A DNA stretch of 63,759 nucleotides, the filler included, from Reticulomyxa filosa (taxonomy: Eukaryota; Protista; Foraminifera), in assembly GCA_000512085.1 (NCBI GenBank). It is 14 parts of 14 records of this genome, joined end to end, with 100 filler letters (N's around TTAATTAATTAA, not from the genome) between each part and the next. Parts side by side here need not be neighbours in the genome. Positions count along the whole stretch, not along the records: positions 10,379 to 15,798 come from ASPP01014540.1; positions 15,899 to 22,732 come from ASPP01021237.1; positions 22,833 to 28,338 come from ASPP01020169.1; 11 more parts are not named here. One strand, given 5' to 3'. The notes below the pieces were generated by a model. The model did not search any database and had not been told where the DNA came from. It saw nothing but the letters and a program-made list of their open reading frames with translations. Below, piece after piece: positions 14,901-28,259 of this stretch (position 1 is its first letter; each line of letters begins with the position of its first letter). Made by a program: the position numbers and the translations under genes.

Positions 14901-15898
14901 AGATGCTCTTTTTCAAAACGAACAATTTTTACATACACTCTTTCCTCTCCACTTTGATCAGCTCATTGTCTTCATTAACTGGTTTTCAACTTTCGTTGTG
15001 AAACAAAACTTAACATTCAAGCTTTTACAACTATTTATTTTATGGTTTTGAAACTTGCAATATCATTCATTTACATACAATGTTAACATGTTTTGTGTGA
15101 TCCATAAACTACGAATAATCTTCTTTAAATCATTCAGCTAAAACATCTTGAAAAAATAAAAACAAGCCATTTTATTTGCGTTTTTGGTTATAAATTGCTA
15201 ACTTGATACCAGATTCTTGAGGAAAAAAAAAAGAAATTTGGCTTATTTTTAGAATCCACTCTCTCGGGTCCCCAAAAAGGAGACCACTGATAAAAAAATA
15301 AAAATAAAAAAATAAAATAATAATAAAGAAAAAAATAAAACAAAAAAAAATAACAAAAATAAAACAATTATGAATGCATCGACCTGCATGCAAATGGATA
15401 GAGCTTGTAGTGCGAGTCAAGTGTCACTTGATCTAAAATGTTCCAAAAAAACACTGGTACGTTGTATTTTGTAAAATTGTCTTCAGAGCCACGTTAAAAA
15501 AAACATTGATACTACTAGTCGCTCTCGCCATTCAGCAGCAACAAGCGAATAAAATTATCGTATCCAAATTGTACAAACAGCCAGTCCAGTGTGTTTTCAT
15601 CTGTCCTCCATGGGCACGAGTATTTTGAATTTGGGAGTGGTTTTGGGAAACGTGCGTATTTATGATCCAACAGAGACTCGTCAAGTTTCTTATTTTTTTG
15701 TATTTGTTTGCTTATCCTGTCTGCTCAAGCAAATTATCTCTCTTTCTTGTGAATGGATTCAACATAAATATCCTTTTTCCTTTTCTCTCTCTCTCTCTNN
15801 NNNNNNNNNNNNNNNNNNNNNNNNNNNNNNNNNNNNNNNNNNTTAATTAATTAANNNNNNNNNNNNNNNNNNNNNNNNNNNNNNNNNNNNNNNNNNNN

Positions 15899-16146
15899 AA
15901 AATCAACATTTAGACCTAATTTTTTTTAAAAAAAATATATACAAATATTGTAGTTTTTAAATATGATATTGTCCAACAAAAAAAAAAGTTATTAAAAAAC
16001 CAATATCATATTTAAAAACTACAATATTTGTAGATTTTTTTAAAATAAAAAAAAATTATGTATAAATGTTGATTTTTCATGAAAAAAATCAATTATCATC
16101 ATAAGATATCGTTTTATGTGTTCAGTTTTCTTTGCAACCTACTGTA
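15899..16146. mobile_element. MITE-like Tc1 derivative: two facing TIRs, left end cut by the contig
   Basis: ACAAATATTGTAGTTTTTAAATATGATATTG (15941-15971) is perfectly inverted at 16001-16031; the right arm ends ..ACCTACTG|TA and matches the TIRs of the 47173-48462 element. Confidence 0.8.
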
Positions 16147-16317
16147 GAAATAGCACGTCACTACAGAAAAATTTGAAAAAGTAGAAAAAATACATTGCAA
16201 AAGCCTAATATATGCTAAAACAAATTCAATATTACAGAAAATTGAAAAAAGTGATAAAAAATATTTAAAAAATCTTTCAAATTTTGAAAGAAAAAATTTT
16301 TTGACAGAATAACTTTA

Positions 16318-16459
16318 TTTAAAAGCCAGTATCATATTTAAAAATTTCACATTCGTACATATTTTTTAAAAAATTAGGATTAATTGTTTATTGAGAAAAT
16401 CGATCATTTTCATAACGTAGCATTTTATGTTTACTATTTTTTTTTTGCAAACTACTGTA
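16318..16459. mobile_element. Solo Tc1-family TIR copy
   Basis: Similar to 15995-16146 and 48324-48464; ends TTTGCAAACTACTG|TA. Confidence 0.7.
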
Positions 16460-16995
16460 TATACACTATATATTATCATACATCACTTTTTTTTAAGAAA
16501 GTTAAAAAAATTCTCATTATACTTTATATTGAGAGAGCAACTGCCAAAAACAGCAACGAAAACATAAAGATATTTTTTTTCCCTTTTCATTTGAACAATG
16601 TAGTTATGCATTGTTCATATTACTTCTCTTACGGGAAAAGGGAAATGTTACAATTTCATACAGAAACTTTTGTATAAAAAATTATCGTGGTTTTTTACAT
16701 AAGAACGTATGTTTTTAAAATGCCATTTTGCATTGCAAAATATCACTATTAGTAATTTCTCTAAGGAAAAAGAAATTAGGTACTGTTTCTGTTTTTTTCA
16801 AATGACAAGTATAAATCGGAACACAGTTAAATAATTGACAAATATTGGTCACAGCGAAGCACAAAGATCATTAAATGCAGTCTGAGCTGAAAAGGATTTC
16901 ACTTGTAACTTGCATTTTATGATTAGCGCTTGGAATGTAAACGAAATGAGTAAATACAAAAAAAGAAAAAATCTAAGATCATTTTATTATTTGAT

Positions 16996-19644
16996 TCAGC
17001 GATCTTGTTCATTGAGGAGAAGTAATGAAATGTCAGTGTCAATCCTTTCTTTGGCAGGACAAGAAAGAATGTGCTGTTTGAGGGTAGGCATTGTTCGTAA
17101 TGGTGTTCGATGGCAGCGATGGCACTTCAAGTCTGTTTCCATCAATGTTTGATAAAGTTGAGTATCAATGTGATCTTTCAGCGTTTTGGATGCATTCAAA
17201 GGATTTTGTAACCATTGTAATAAAGATTTTGGTGAAAGAAAGAAATAAGTATTAAAAGAATTCCAGTGTTTTTATTTTCAAGTGACTGGATTCAAAATCG
17301 TTACTAATAATATGCATGTGTATTTGATTCATTGACGGCAAAGCATGAAATCCCATTTTTAAATCAACTCGGTCTTGGTCTTTTGTAGCAAGTTGCGACT
17401 TCAGACTGTTGAATGCAACAATAACGACAAAGCAAGATAAATAAATAAACAAATAAAGATAAAACAAAATACTTATGACATATCCATTGTCCCCTTGCAG
17501 CCATATCTTGAATCATTTGTATGTGTGTAGAATTGGATCCCATCAATTCTGATATGGACGCAAATGTGCAACGAGGTAAGAGAAGCAAATGAAATTTGGC
17601 TTTAAAAAAGCGATCGTAAACAAGTACATAGTTCTTATCTTCCCAATACACAGACTGGCCGCATTCTGGCTGTCTTTTTTCCTTTGGTAGCAAGTACACA
17701 CTCAAGGCATTTTTCCAATGTCCATTATATTGCCCAGACGCTTGATCCATTTTTAAGGGAAGAGCGTATGTTGGTAATTGCTGCAAATGGAAAGGAAGTG
17801 GCTCGTGTTTGGACACCGCTGTAATGGAGCCAGTCGTAGTAAGGATAGGCACGACTGTAGGAATGACAAAAGGCAAATGACAAAGTTGATAAAAGTGCAA
17901 AAGCACATCATTATAGCACTGCTTCAATTTGTCCAAAAGTAGCTGTTCACTGTCAATATAGTCGATCAAGCTAGAATTATGATTGGGCGGAACAATTCCA
18001 ATCACATGTTGCACTTTGTGTGACAGCTGAAAACTTGGAGGCATTTCCATTACATAAGGAGTGCACAATTTGGCTGTTTGTTTAGCAAATTTTGAGGCAA
18101 AGAGAAGTTCAAGATGACATCCACTGGGTAAACACGATTCCCAAACATGTTTGCATTGATTGGGAATGCACTTCCAATTATATTTCATATACTGCAAAAC
18201 AAATCGAATGCAATTCTTGGAATGCACAAACTGCTGACAAAAAAGAAGGCATTGCTTTACATATTGCTGCTGGGCAGTACTTTCGTTACATTGAATCCAA
18301 TTCAAAATCCGTGGTTGTCTCAGATTGAAATTTGCCATGGTGCTCCAAGACAATGGCCACTGCTTGAAATATTCAACCAAAGAGCGCGGGACAAATACAT
18401 AAATACGCAAATAAGGATGTGTATGTTGTTTTAAGAATGACTCCAAACACTGATATAACACCAAACAATATTGCTTTGGATCGATTTGCAATTTAATCCA
18501 ATCCAACACAAGTATGCCAATACTATATTGCGTGTCAAACTCATACTTCAAAATTGGTTCACTTTTTTCATCGTCTTTGTGTGATGCCCAGGTTGAGGCC
18601 ATTGATTGTAATTGCGATTGGGAAAGGATGTCATTTGATGCAGACGTGCTCGCCTCAATCACGGGCACATTGGTAATGGGTAATGACAGACCTGTCAATT
18701 CTGTTATTGGCAATGGTGGTGTTGCACTTGCATTGCCATTATTATCATTGCCATTTTTCTTTTCATTTTTATTCTCATTTTTATTTTCATTCCCATTTCC
18801 AATTCCATTTGCATTTGCATTGCCATTTTTATTAATGATATCTCTCTTTACACCTAACCTTGTAGGGCAAATGGGAGAGTTTTTGATCGAGTCCAAGCCA
18901 GACAAACTTTCAGATAACATATTGCGTTGATTGGAAGTGCTATGTAAGGGGCTGTTTGCAGTGATGGAACATGACAGCATTTTGAATGTATTTGTATTCA
19001 TTTTTTCGATCGAATCTTCGTTTTCAAATTTTCCTTCCAATTGTTTGTCCCTTTGATTGGGTGTGCCTGCACTTCGAAAGGAAGACGCCGCACTTGAATC
19101 CAAGCCCAGTTTCTTCACCTCGGCCAGAATGTTCTTCTCATTCATCACGATCTTATGCTTCCATCCTTCCACCCTCAAATAAAATATATTTTCTTTATCA
19201 TGTTTTTCATCAATTAAATACAATTTGTCCTCCTCCTTTGCAATGCAGCCATGGTTCTGTGATACCATTTCACTTGAACCATCACATCGCTCCACTCGCA
19301 GATAATTGCCCAGCTGAAATTTTCGTATGTGCTTTTCGCTTACACGTGTTCATTCTCCAAATTTGGGGACTATTTTGTTACTTAACTAAATGAACACCAA
19401 GGCAACCTCGACTTTCAAACTCGGACAATTTCCATAACTTTAAATGTTTCCTGCTGATTCTATTTCAACAACAGTCAAATATGTTCAGTGAGTTTTGTCT
19501 TACAAATGGAACAACAAAAAACCGGTTGCACGCGTGGTTATAGCCTTTCGTTACTCTTCCAAACACAAATGGCTCCTCCTCAGAATGGCTAATTGTTAGT
19601 ACATTATGCTTATTGTCTTGTAAAATAATTGCGCTACGAGACAT
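16996..19644 (-). CDS. APTX: Aprataxin-like protein: FHA, degenerate Macro, HIT and C2H2 zinc finger
   Basis: FHA 'FVFGR..RISRKHL'; HIT 'YDRFFKAKFHLLLLP' and 'GFHALPSMNQIHMHIISNDF..HWNSFNT'; ZnF 'LKCHRC..MPTLKQH'; introns near 19522-19461, 19386-19314 and 17472-17409; frame break at A-runs near 17270-17280. Confidence 0.9.
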
Positions 19645-20072
19645 TTTATCCTCCCCAGCCTCAAAGTTTTTTTTATATACGGAGATCCGTTCAAGGAACG
19701 TACTTGAAAAAGGTGGAGTTAACGAACAGACTTTACTTCTAGACTATTTACAATTTGAAAACGTTATTGTCTTCGATAGGTAATACATAAACAATGTTGA
19801 GATTAATTTTTTATATTGTAGTGTAATCATCAATGAAGCCTTTTCTTCTCTGATGTTGATTAGTCTAGATGTAGAAAACAGTATTGAAATCAACCATCTG
19901 AGTTATTCAACAACTATCTCTTTTAGTAAAGCGACACTACAAATTTTATAACTTTTTTTTGGCGCATGTTAAAGGAAAAATTTAAAAGTGCAAGAGTAGA
20001 CTTTTAGAATGCAAAAAAAAAGTTAAAATTGAGAGTATTGTTGTTCAAAAAAAGTGTACAACACCAGTGATT

Positions 20073-21403
20073 TCAATGTGCCCATTCAGGGTTAATCCAG
20101 TCAAGTGGTTTCAATTCAACAACATCTCTCCATTTGCTTTTATCATCTTTTTTGTCCAACTTGTGTTCATAAAAGGCCGCCCAAAACAAGCCTGATTTTG
20201 TGTCCTTCTTTATAGGCATTGTTGCTAATGTAGTTGCAGCCCATGCGCCTTGTTCAACAGTTCGAGGTCCCTTATGACTCGACATATCGGTTGCCACATA
20301 ACCTTTTTTTTGAATCAAACGGCACTACTAGAAATGATATGCAAAAAAAAAAGAGTGGTAGCTTTCATTTTACCTGGACACATGGCAGCTACAAATACGT
20401 TCTTATACTCTGGTTTGCTTGCTAAAATTCTGGAATACATGGACACTCCAACCTGTTTGTATTAGTATCAATTGCCAAAACTTGGTCAACTTCAATGTGT
20501 TACTACTCTTATAAAAAAAAAGAATCTGACAAACTCATAATGTAACAAAAAAAAATAATAATGCAACTACTTTTTAAAAAGTTGTACACAACTTTGGACA
20601 TTCCATAAGCAGATTTAGGCCAATATCCTAATTTGTCCTTGTCTTGTTTGACTGTGTCAACAAATTCGTTTAACAATTTGGTTAAGTCGTTAAAGTCATT
20701 ACACTGCAAAAACTGTTGCTGGACTTTCTCCGATTGAATCGAGGACAAACGACCTGCTCGAGAAGAAACGAATATGACGCGAGGATCGTTGTTACTTAAC
20801 AATGGCAAAAATGCATTGTTCACTGCAATTGTACCGTAATAATTTACAGCAAACGTGCTTTTCACCACTATTTTTTTTTAGAGAGCATTTTTTGCAAACG
20901 TAAACATTTTTATATAATAGTTTGTTACTTAAAAAAATGTTCAGCACAATAAAAAAAAATTCAAGTAGGCGAATATTATAAATGGACAAACAACTTACCG
21001 TCAGCATCAAATGCATCACCTTTAAAAGCCATTGCAGCATTGTGAATAATTGTGTCTACTTTTTCATGATTTTTTTTTACGTGCGCAGCCGCATTCTTAA
21101 TTGACTCCTCAGAGCTCAAATCTATTTGCACGCACTCGATGTTTTCATTCTTTTTGAAGTGTTTCTCCAACACTTCTTTGCCACTGTTTACATTGTTTTT
21201 TTTGTGTAAGTTTTTTTCGGGTGACTTTTTTCATTCTATTTTATAGGTGATACACAACACAAAGTCGCACACTTTTCCAAGTTTCGGGTTCCCAACAGAA
21301 CATGATGATGTCCGCGGTCCAACAATTGTTGAGCAATAGCTAAGCCAATGCCCTTGTTGGCACCTGTTATTAGGACGATTCGTTTTGTTATTGCTTGTGC
21401 CAT
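20073..21403 (-). CDS. Short-chain dehydrogenase/reductase, carbonyl reductase-like (five exons)
   Basis: LITGANKGIG, IIHNAAMAFK, VNYYGT, VSSRAG, catalytic YGMSK and CPG|YVATDMSSHKG. Confidence 0.93.
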
Positions 21404-21859
21404 ATTTCAAATATAAGGTAAAAAAAAAATTGAGCTCTGTGAAGGGCACAACTGAAAAGTTGTCAAACACTGCACTTTTCAAGCCGAAAGCAGAGTTTTT
21501 AAATTGCAAAAAAAAAAATATTTATGCAAGGTAAATATTAATATTTACTCATGGTATCTGCAAATAATCGAATGTTATTTGAAAAAAATGTAACAAGAGA
21601 AACATGTAAAAAAAACATATACACGGCGCAGAGAAAAAAGTGTCAAGAACAAAAGCTTTGAAAATGTACATTTCTGTAAGAGAAAACTACAATTGAGGTT
21701 TCAAATTGCGTAACATAAAGGTCTCTTTTTTGTGGATTTGAGAGTGGTCGATAAAAGCAGGAGAGTCAGAGGGAAAAAAAAAAGAAAACAATACTGAAGA
21801 TAAAATTTTGATGTTAGAAAGATGAGACGCGCAAGAGAGAAAGAGGAAAAAAAAAAAAA

Positions 21860-22732
21860 TCAATCAGTACCCAAAGAAGGAGATTTATTGAATTTGCTTT
21901 GCTGTTTTAAATCTTTGTTCCGTTCGAGTTCTTTTTGTTCCCGTTCCAAGCGCTTAAGTTTTTTGGTGAGTTCTTTTTCCGAGGATTTATTATGTTTGTG
22001 ATGGCGAGAATGTGGCGACGGAACATGTGGTAGTACTTGTGTTTGTGATTGTAATTGCAACTGTAATTGCAATTGTCGCTGTCGTAGTTGATGTTGTTTG
22101 ACTTCGTGTTCATCAGCCTGGGAGGTGGACATTTGCCGTTGCAAGCCAGTGTAGTTGTCCACATTGAAAGCGACAGTACCGTCGAAGCGACTGAAGCTAT
22201 CAAACAGCAACCCGCGAATGCCTGTGAGAACACGTTCGATGAGATCCAAAGCACGTTTCAAATTGATGCCGGGATTTCTGGCCTCAATATCATGGACAAA
22301 TTCTTGCCATTGTGTACGTGTTTTGTGAGACAAGTTCAACTCGAAACTGCTGCCAATCATTACATATTTGCGATACAAGGCGTCCATTTTGTCCCAAATA
22401 TCGCACGTTTCATCCCAAACCAATGACGACTTTGGAATGTCTTTGTAGAATTGGAAGTTGTACTTTTTGCTGAATTGGATACGTTCGTCGCTAGCATCCA
22501 TCATTTCTTTGATGATCAAGTCCTCCATCTGGCACATTTCTATCAGAGCCAACGCGTTTTCCATCGAAAACTCGCGTTGCAAATGGCTCATGAATACCTC
22601 AAAATCCTCTTGCGATTGCAATACAAAATTGAATTTGTCCACCCCACTTATTGTTTCGTTGTCCCTTTCTTCCTCGCTTTCATCTTTGTCATTACTTTTC
22701 TTTTTGTTTTTATCGTCATTTTTATTACTATT
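21860..22732 (-). CDS. RGS-domain protein (C-terminal part)
   Basis: FEVFMSHLQREFSMENALAL..LYRKYVMIGSSFELNLSH..DSFSRF. Confidence 0.88.
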   Translation of the reverse strand, partial: NSNKNDDKNKKKSNDKDESEEERDNETISGVDKFNFVLQSQEDFEVFMSHLQREFSMENALALIEMCQMEDLIIKEMMDASDERIQFSKKYNFQFYKDIPKSSLVWDETCDIWDKMDALYRKYVMIGSSFELNLSHKTRTQWQEFVHDIEARNPGINLKRALDLIERVLTGIRGLLFDSFSRFDGTVAFNVDNYTGLQRQMSTSQADEHEVKQHQLRQRQLQLQLQLQSQTQVLPHVPSPHSRHHKHNKSSEKELTKKLKRLEREQKELERNKDLKQQSKFNKSPSLGTD

Positions 22733-23008
22733 NNNNNNNNNNNNNNNNNNNNNNNNNNNNNNNNNNNNNNNNNNNNTTAATTAATTAANNNNNNNNNNNN
22801 NNNNNNNNNNNNNNNNNNNNNNNNNNNNNNNNGTTCATCAGCCCCTTTAACGATTCTATCTATACAGTAGGAGCTTCTCCTACAAGTATTTAACGCATAA
22901 TAAACACAGAAGAAAGTAAAAAGCATTATGTGGAAGCAATGTTATTAGTTTAAAAATAGAATAGCTTTCAAATGCTGTTGTGAAGTTTATGTGAAAAATG
23001 ACAAACAA

Positions 23009-23476
23009 GATCTGAATCCAATTGAGAACCTTTGTTAGATTACCAAGTGCCGTACTTACAAAAATGGGCCATTTTCCAGCAAAGAGTATATATTTGATTA
23101 GCTTATCATTTAATTGTTCTAGATTGAATGTGATTTGTGTGATAGTCTTATTGCTTCAATGACTAAGCGCATTCATGATGTGATAAAGGCCAAGGGCAAT
23201 TCCACCAAGTGCTAAACGTTTGTTAAATTGATTATTTTTTCTTTACAGCTTGATATTGATTTAACAAAAAAATTCGTTAAAAAAAAAGATATACTGTTAA
23301 AGCAAGCTAAAAAAAATTGAATGTATAACCTTTCAAATAAATGCAAGATATAAGATAGTACATCTAGAGTAAAGATAGATCTACAAAATTATTTTTACTT
23401 TTGCGCTTTTCAATAAAGATATATAAAAAAGGTCATCTTTTTTTTTGTCGTACGGTTTTTTTTACAAACTACTGTA
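23009..23476 (+). mobile_element. Tc1/mariner transposase C-terminal remnant with downstream terminus
   Basis: One frame at 23009-23215 reads DLNPIENLC*..YKNGPFSSKE..CDSLIASMTKRIHDVIKAKGNSTKC*; the region ends CAAACTACTG|TA at 23474-23476. Confidence 0.85.
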
Positions 23477-24938
23477 TTAGTCGCTTGGTGTTTGATTTGT
23501 CGTCGACCGTGCTAGCCTCATCGTACATTTTGGCAATGGTATTCTTGCTTTCCGCGATCAAAAAATGTAAAAATTTTCTGTCTTTTTATCATCTCACTCA
23601 AACTGAAGAAATTGCGATAATTTGATTGTCAGTATTATTTGTTTTATAACTTACATAAAAATAAATCTCCATTTCCTCAAAAAAAATTCATTTTAAAATA
23701 ATCTACAATCTGACATTTAAACCTGTTTATTAATTCAAACTCATACTAATAGAATTATCTTTTAATCTTGTTTTTTGTTATTGAAAAGGAGACATAATGT
23801 ATAAGCAATTTTTGATAATGTTCTACAATTGGACTTCGTAAATATCTGGACATTAGTATTGATGTCTTTAGATTTAAATCTTTTGTGTTGAGTTCCAAAT
23901 GAAAATACTATTGTCTGCAATTGTTTCAGTATCGTATTTCTTTCGTTTCCGTTTTGCTGTAGTTGTTCATTTTCAAATTTTTCATATATATTTGGAAATA
24001 TTTGCAAGTGTTGTTATCTCTTAATTGTGCTAAAAAAAAATTTGCTTTGCTTTCTATTGCCAACTTGGATGTAGAATTTTTAAAAAAATCTATCTCTTCA
24101 TAGAGATGCCATTTAGGTATGCCAGTTTTCTTAGCAAGGCTGTATATTTAAAATAAGATCACGTAAATTAAGTTGCAAATCTATTGCATTTTTATGTTTT
24201 TTGCAGCGTTTCATTTATAACGATGAATTTATAATACCACTATTACACATGACAAATGGTATCTTATCAAAAATGTTTTTCTAATACAACGTAGTATATA
24301 ATGCAATGAAAATGTTATATGATTATATAACCAAAAAAAATAAAATAAAATTTTGAAATGATAATGTGGAAATTATTTTATGTTGCGTTTTTTATGTGTG
24401 TTGACAAGTCCACATTGTCTTTTTGGTTTTATTTTGTTACTAAATTGTAAAAAAATGAAAAACATTTGAAAATGCACAAATATTGAAAAATGTTAATTTT
24501 CAAACATAAAATTGATTGTCGTCATTTTCGTGTTTCATGATCTTTTGTCACTACATATACATATATTCTAACTAGTGATCTCTGTTATCACATTCTTTAA
24601 ATCCCTAAATTTATATTGTGGCTAATTTCCATTTGATATATCATTTATCACATTGATTTAAATCTTTATCACCTATTATGTCTGATATGTAATTATATTT
24701 GACAAAAAAAAAAGATAATGCTTGATCAAAGATTAGTTATTTTATTCCCCTTGTACAACGTTTGGATCTTAAAACTGCTGATAAGCCAAAGCAAAAAAGG
24801 GACAACAAAGCCCGAGTACAAAATCAAAACTTGAACAAAAACTCAAAACATTAGCAAAAATAGAGAAAAATTAATTGTGGATTTTTGATGCAGGGAAAGA
24901 AAATCAAGTAGAAAATCTTTTTGATAATTTTTTTTCCT

Positions 24939-25441
24939 TTATACATGCAACATTTTGATAAATTCTTCTTTCGACAACTTGCCATCAGTTCCGGCCATGT
25001 CCATAATTTCTTTCAATTCTTCATCATTTACTTCTTCACCAATGGCATTGAAAAATGCTTGTAAATCACCAGTGCTGATCTTGACATTTTCACCAGCTAA
25101 AAAAAAAAGAAAAAAAAGAAATTATGATAACATATTCAAAATATTTGAATACTTTTTTTTCACTTACCAACAATCTCGAAGGCTTGTTGTAATTCTGCTT
25201 CTAATTCACCCATATCTTTATGAACGAATCTTGCCAAAAAATCTTCATATCTAACAGTTCCATCTTTTTTACTATCTGCGACTTGAATCATATCTACAAT
25301 TTGTTGTTCATTCAAATCAAATTTCAATGCTTTTAACATTGCTCCCAAGTCGTTCTTTTCAACTTTATCATCCTTATTTTTATCTAAGAAACGGAAGCCT
25401 TCTGAAAAATATTGCTTCTCAAATTCTGTCAAACCACTCAT
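24939..25441 (-). CDS. Calmodulin-like EF-hand protein (intron 25097-25167)
   Basis: FSEGFRFLDKNKDDKVEKNDL, MIQVADSKKDGTVRYEDF, LQQAFEIV|AGE..GEEVNDEELKEIMDMA; the C-lobe loops are degenerate. Confidence 0.9.
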
Positions 25442-25986
25442 TACTTTTTTCAGAAGTCAAGTTACTCACAAATGTCAAAAAATAAACAAAGTTTTTTTTG
25501 AGGAAAAAAAAACCTTTACACAACAAAAATAACTTTGTCCAAGCCGCGTTTTTTCAACTCACATTCAACACAAAATTTAACCTTTTTAAATAGAATATGT
25601 AAACTAATCTTATTTTGAAAGTTCTAACTGATTATTTTTTTAAATGTAGTCCACAACTTATGCTTACTGATTGAAACGTATGCATTCATTTTAAAAACAA
25701 TACAAACTAAAATGAAGAAGCAAGAAATTTGTAGAACATAGTTCACTCTTTTTTAAAAACTCTGCTTATTAGTGTATAAGAAAATAATAAAGTGCCTTGA
25801 TTGAAAATAAATCATAATATTTGTATTACCTATTCGCTGGCTTTGCTTTTTAGTGTCAAGTTTTTTTAAAAAACTGTTGTTTGATTATTTGCAACAATGG
25901 AATCTTTTTGTTGTTGTTGTTGTTGTATGATAATCTAATTTTAAATAATCAACAACAGCCAAAAAAAAAAAAAAAAAGATGGATTA

Positions 25987-27231
25987 CTACAATTGTAAGT
26001 TTTCAGTAGTATTGGGGTGCGGTATGTGTTTCCATTCAACACGAACTGCTTTAATAGTCGGAGAGACGTGTGTAATTTCTTTGATGAAACATTGATCGGA
26101 AAACATCTCTTTCAAATCAGTGTCTCCATCCATAGACTGAGGTAAAGTGATCATTAAAACAATGGACGGCGAATTCAAACGAGTATCCACCGAACCGGCG
26201 AGCGGACTGTTACTTTGAGAAGAGACGCTCTGAGTTTTGGAAGGATTAAAAGTGGGCCTCTTTTTCAAAAGATCAGCGACAGATTGACATTTTTGAGGTC
26301 TATCTAAAGCAAATTGGGCAATCAAAGGCACACCACGATAGGTGTGCGTGGCCAATTCCCTCAACAATCGTTTGGCTGCGTCTGTGCTTGAACATTCCAA
26401 AATGACGTGGCCACGCTTTGATATGTGAATGTCCACGATATTCCCACTGACTCTTGCCAAATTGTTTGTCCACTTGTTTATCCAGTCCATCACGTCTTCA
26501 CAATCTCCTCGAAAATGCATGTGCTTCAGAATCAGTCTCTTTGCGCTCTGTTCTATCATAGTCACATATACAGACATATATATATATATATATATATACG
26601 TATATTTATATATATATATACGTATATTTATATATTTATATATTTATATAAGAGTTATTTGGTAATCCATTGACAGACTTTACATCTCCTTGCAGACACA
26701 TTATCATACAAACAACTAACACAATTAAATTTTATATAACTTCGTCTCATGTTTTGACTTGACATTGAAATGCTGTGATATTTATTGAGTTGTGAAACTT
26801 TATTCAATTGTTCACCATTTGATCGATTTTTAAAGCTCTTTTTTTCTTTTATTTCTTTTGGCTGGACACTTTGCTTGTTCGTCGCTTCATTGTTTATTCT
26901 CGTTTTAAAATCTTTCTTTTTGCCTAGTTTTCGTGGCTTCTCGTTCACGCTATTGTCCTTGTTCAATGCTTTTTCTTCTTTTGGTTTGTATGCAGATTTT
27001 GATCTTGGCATATTGCGGAAGCTTCTGTTATTCACTCTTTGTGTTTGTTTTCCCGCCTGTTTGTGGTGTTCGTTTTGTATTTTTCTGTTCACCAATTTTT
27101 ACGAGTGGGACTGAGGCCAAAACTTGAAGCCGTTTTTCCTCACCAAACGCTTGTCGAGACCAATACACTATGCCATTACAATTTCGTAAGCAATAGGGAG
27201 AATGTAGCACTCTTTGCAATATTCTAGACAT
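25987..27231 (-). CDS. RRM-like RNA-binding protein with a basic low-complexity N-terminus; possibly mitochondrial
   Basis: RLILKHMHF..GNIVDIHISKRGHVILECSSTDAAKRLL..YRGVPLIAQFA; introns inferred at about 27149-27085 and 26678-26548. Confidence 0.6.
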
Positions 27232-27581
27232 GCGAAAACTCTGTTACTCGAGCTTCCGCCAGGAAATTTCTGGTGCCACTGAACCATTCTGCCCCAAAAA
27301 AAAAAGGGGATGACCGCACACTTTCACTATGTTAATTTTTATTGTCTTTAGTTTAATTCGATTTATTAACATTTAAGTTTTGTGAACAACTTCTAACTTT
27401 GATTCCGACACTTTTTTGTGACCGATTTTCAACAAGTTTCTTAAAATTAACACAAATTGTCGATGACGAAGCATAATAATAAGATTGGTAAAAAGCGAAG
27501 GAAGAAAAAAGAATGTCAATGAAATGAGTAATATGTATTGATCGACACCTAAAATACGTTTTTTAAATTCACAAAAGATAT

Positions 27582-28259
27582 TTATTTTTTGTCTAATTCA
27601 GCATACAGCTGTTCAATTTCCTCAATATCATTTTTACTGCCTAAGAAACAAGGTCTTTTTTCGTGGAGTGATTCAGGCTGTAGTTGCAAAATTCTTTCTC
27701 TGCCTGTGGATGCCCTTCCTCCAGCGGCCTCAACGATAAATGCCAACGGATTAAGTTCGTACAGCAATCTCAGTTTGCCACGAGGAGCATCTTTAGTGGC
27801 CGGGTACAAAAATATTCCACCATACAACAAAGTCCTGTGAACATCTGCGACCATTGACCCAACATAGCGAGCTTTTTTCGGTGGACCTTTCTGTTTGTCA
27901 CCACATTTTTTTTTTGTTTTTGTTTTTTTTAAAAAAGAGCCTGAATCATATATAGATCATATATTACTAAATAATAATAATCTTTTAAAAAATTCTTTTT
28001 ATTATATATTGACTTCACAAACCGGAGGATTTTTGCATCTATCAATGAAGGTTGTAACGGCCTTGTCAAAGTGTCTGGCATTACCCTCGTTGATACTGTA
28101 AATGCTTCCTTTTTCAGGAATGCGAATGTGACGATGAGTGAGAACAAACTCGCCAATTTGAGGATCCAACGTGAAGCCATTCACTTCATCACCAAATGTT
28201 AACACAAGTAATGTGGCGTCCCCATACATTGCATAACCAGAACAAGCCAATTTCTCGCC
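27582..28259 (-). CDS. FBP1: Fructose-1,6-bisphosphatase class I (3' part)
   Basis: [47 protein letters not shown] and GKLRLLYE. Confidence 0.97.

Noticed and set aside
26655-26730. RanBP2-type zinc finger (CVSC..N..CKVC)
   Set aside because: The last cysteine probably lies in an intron (AAA|GTCTGT), and the spacing is off.
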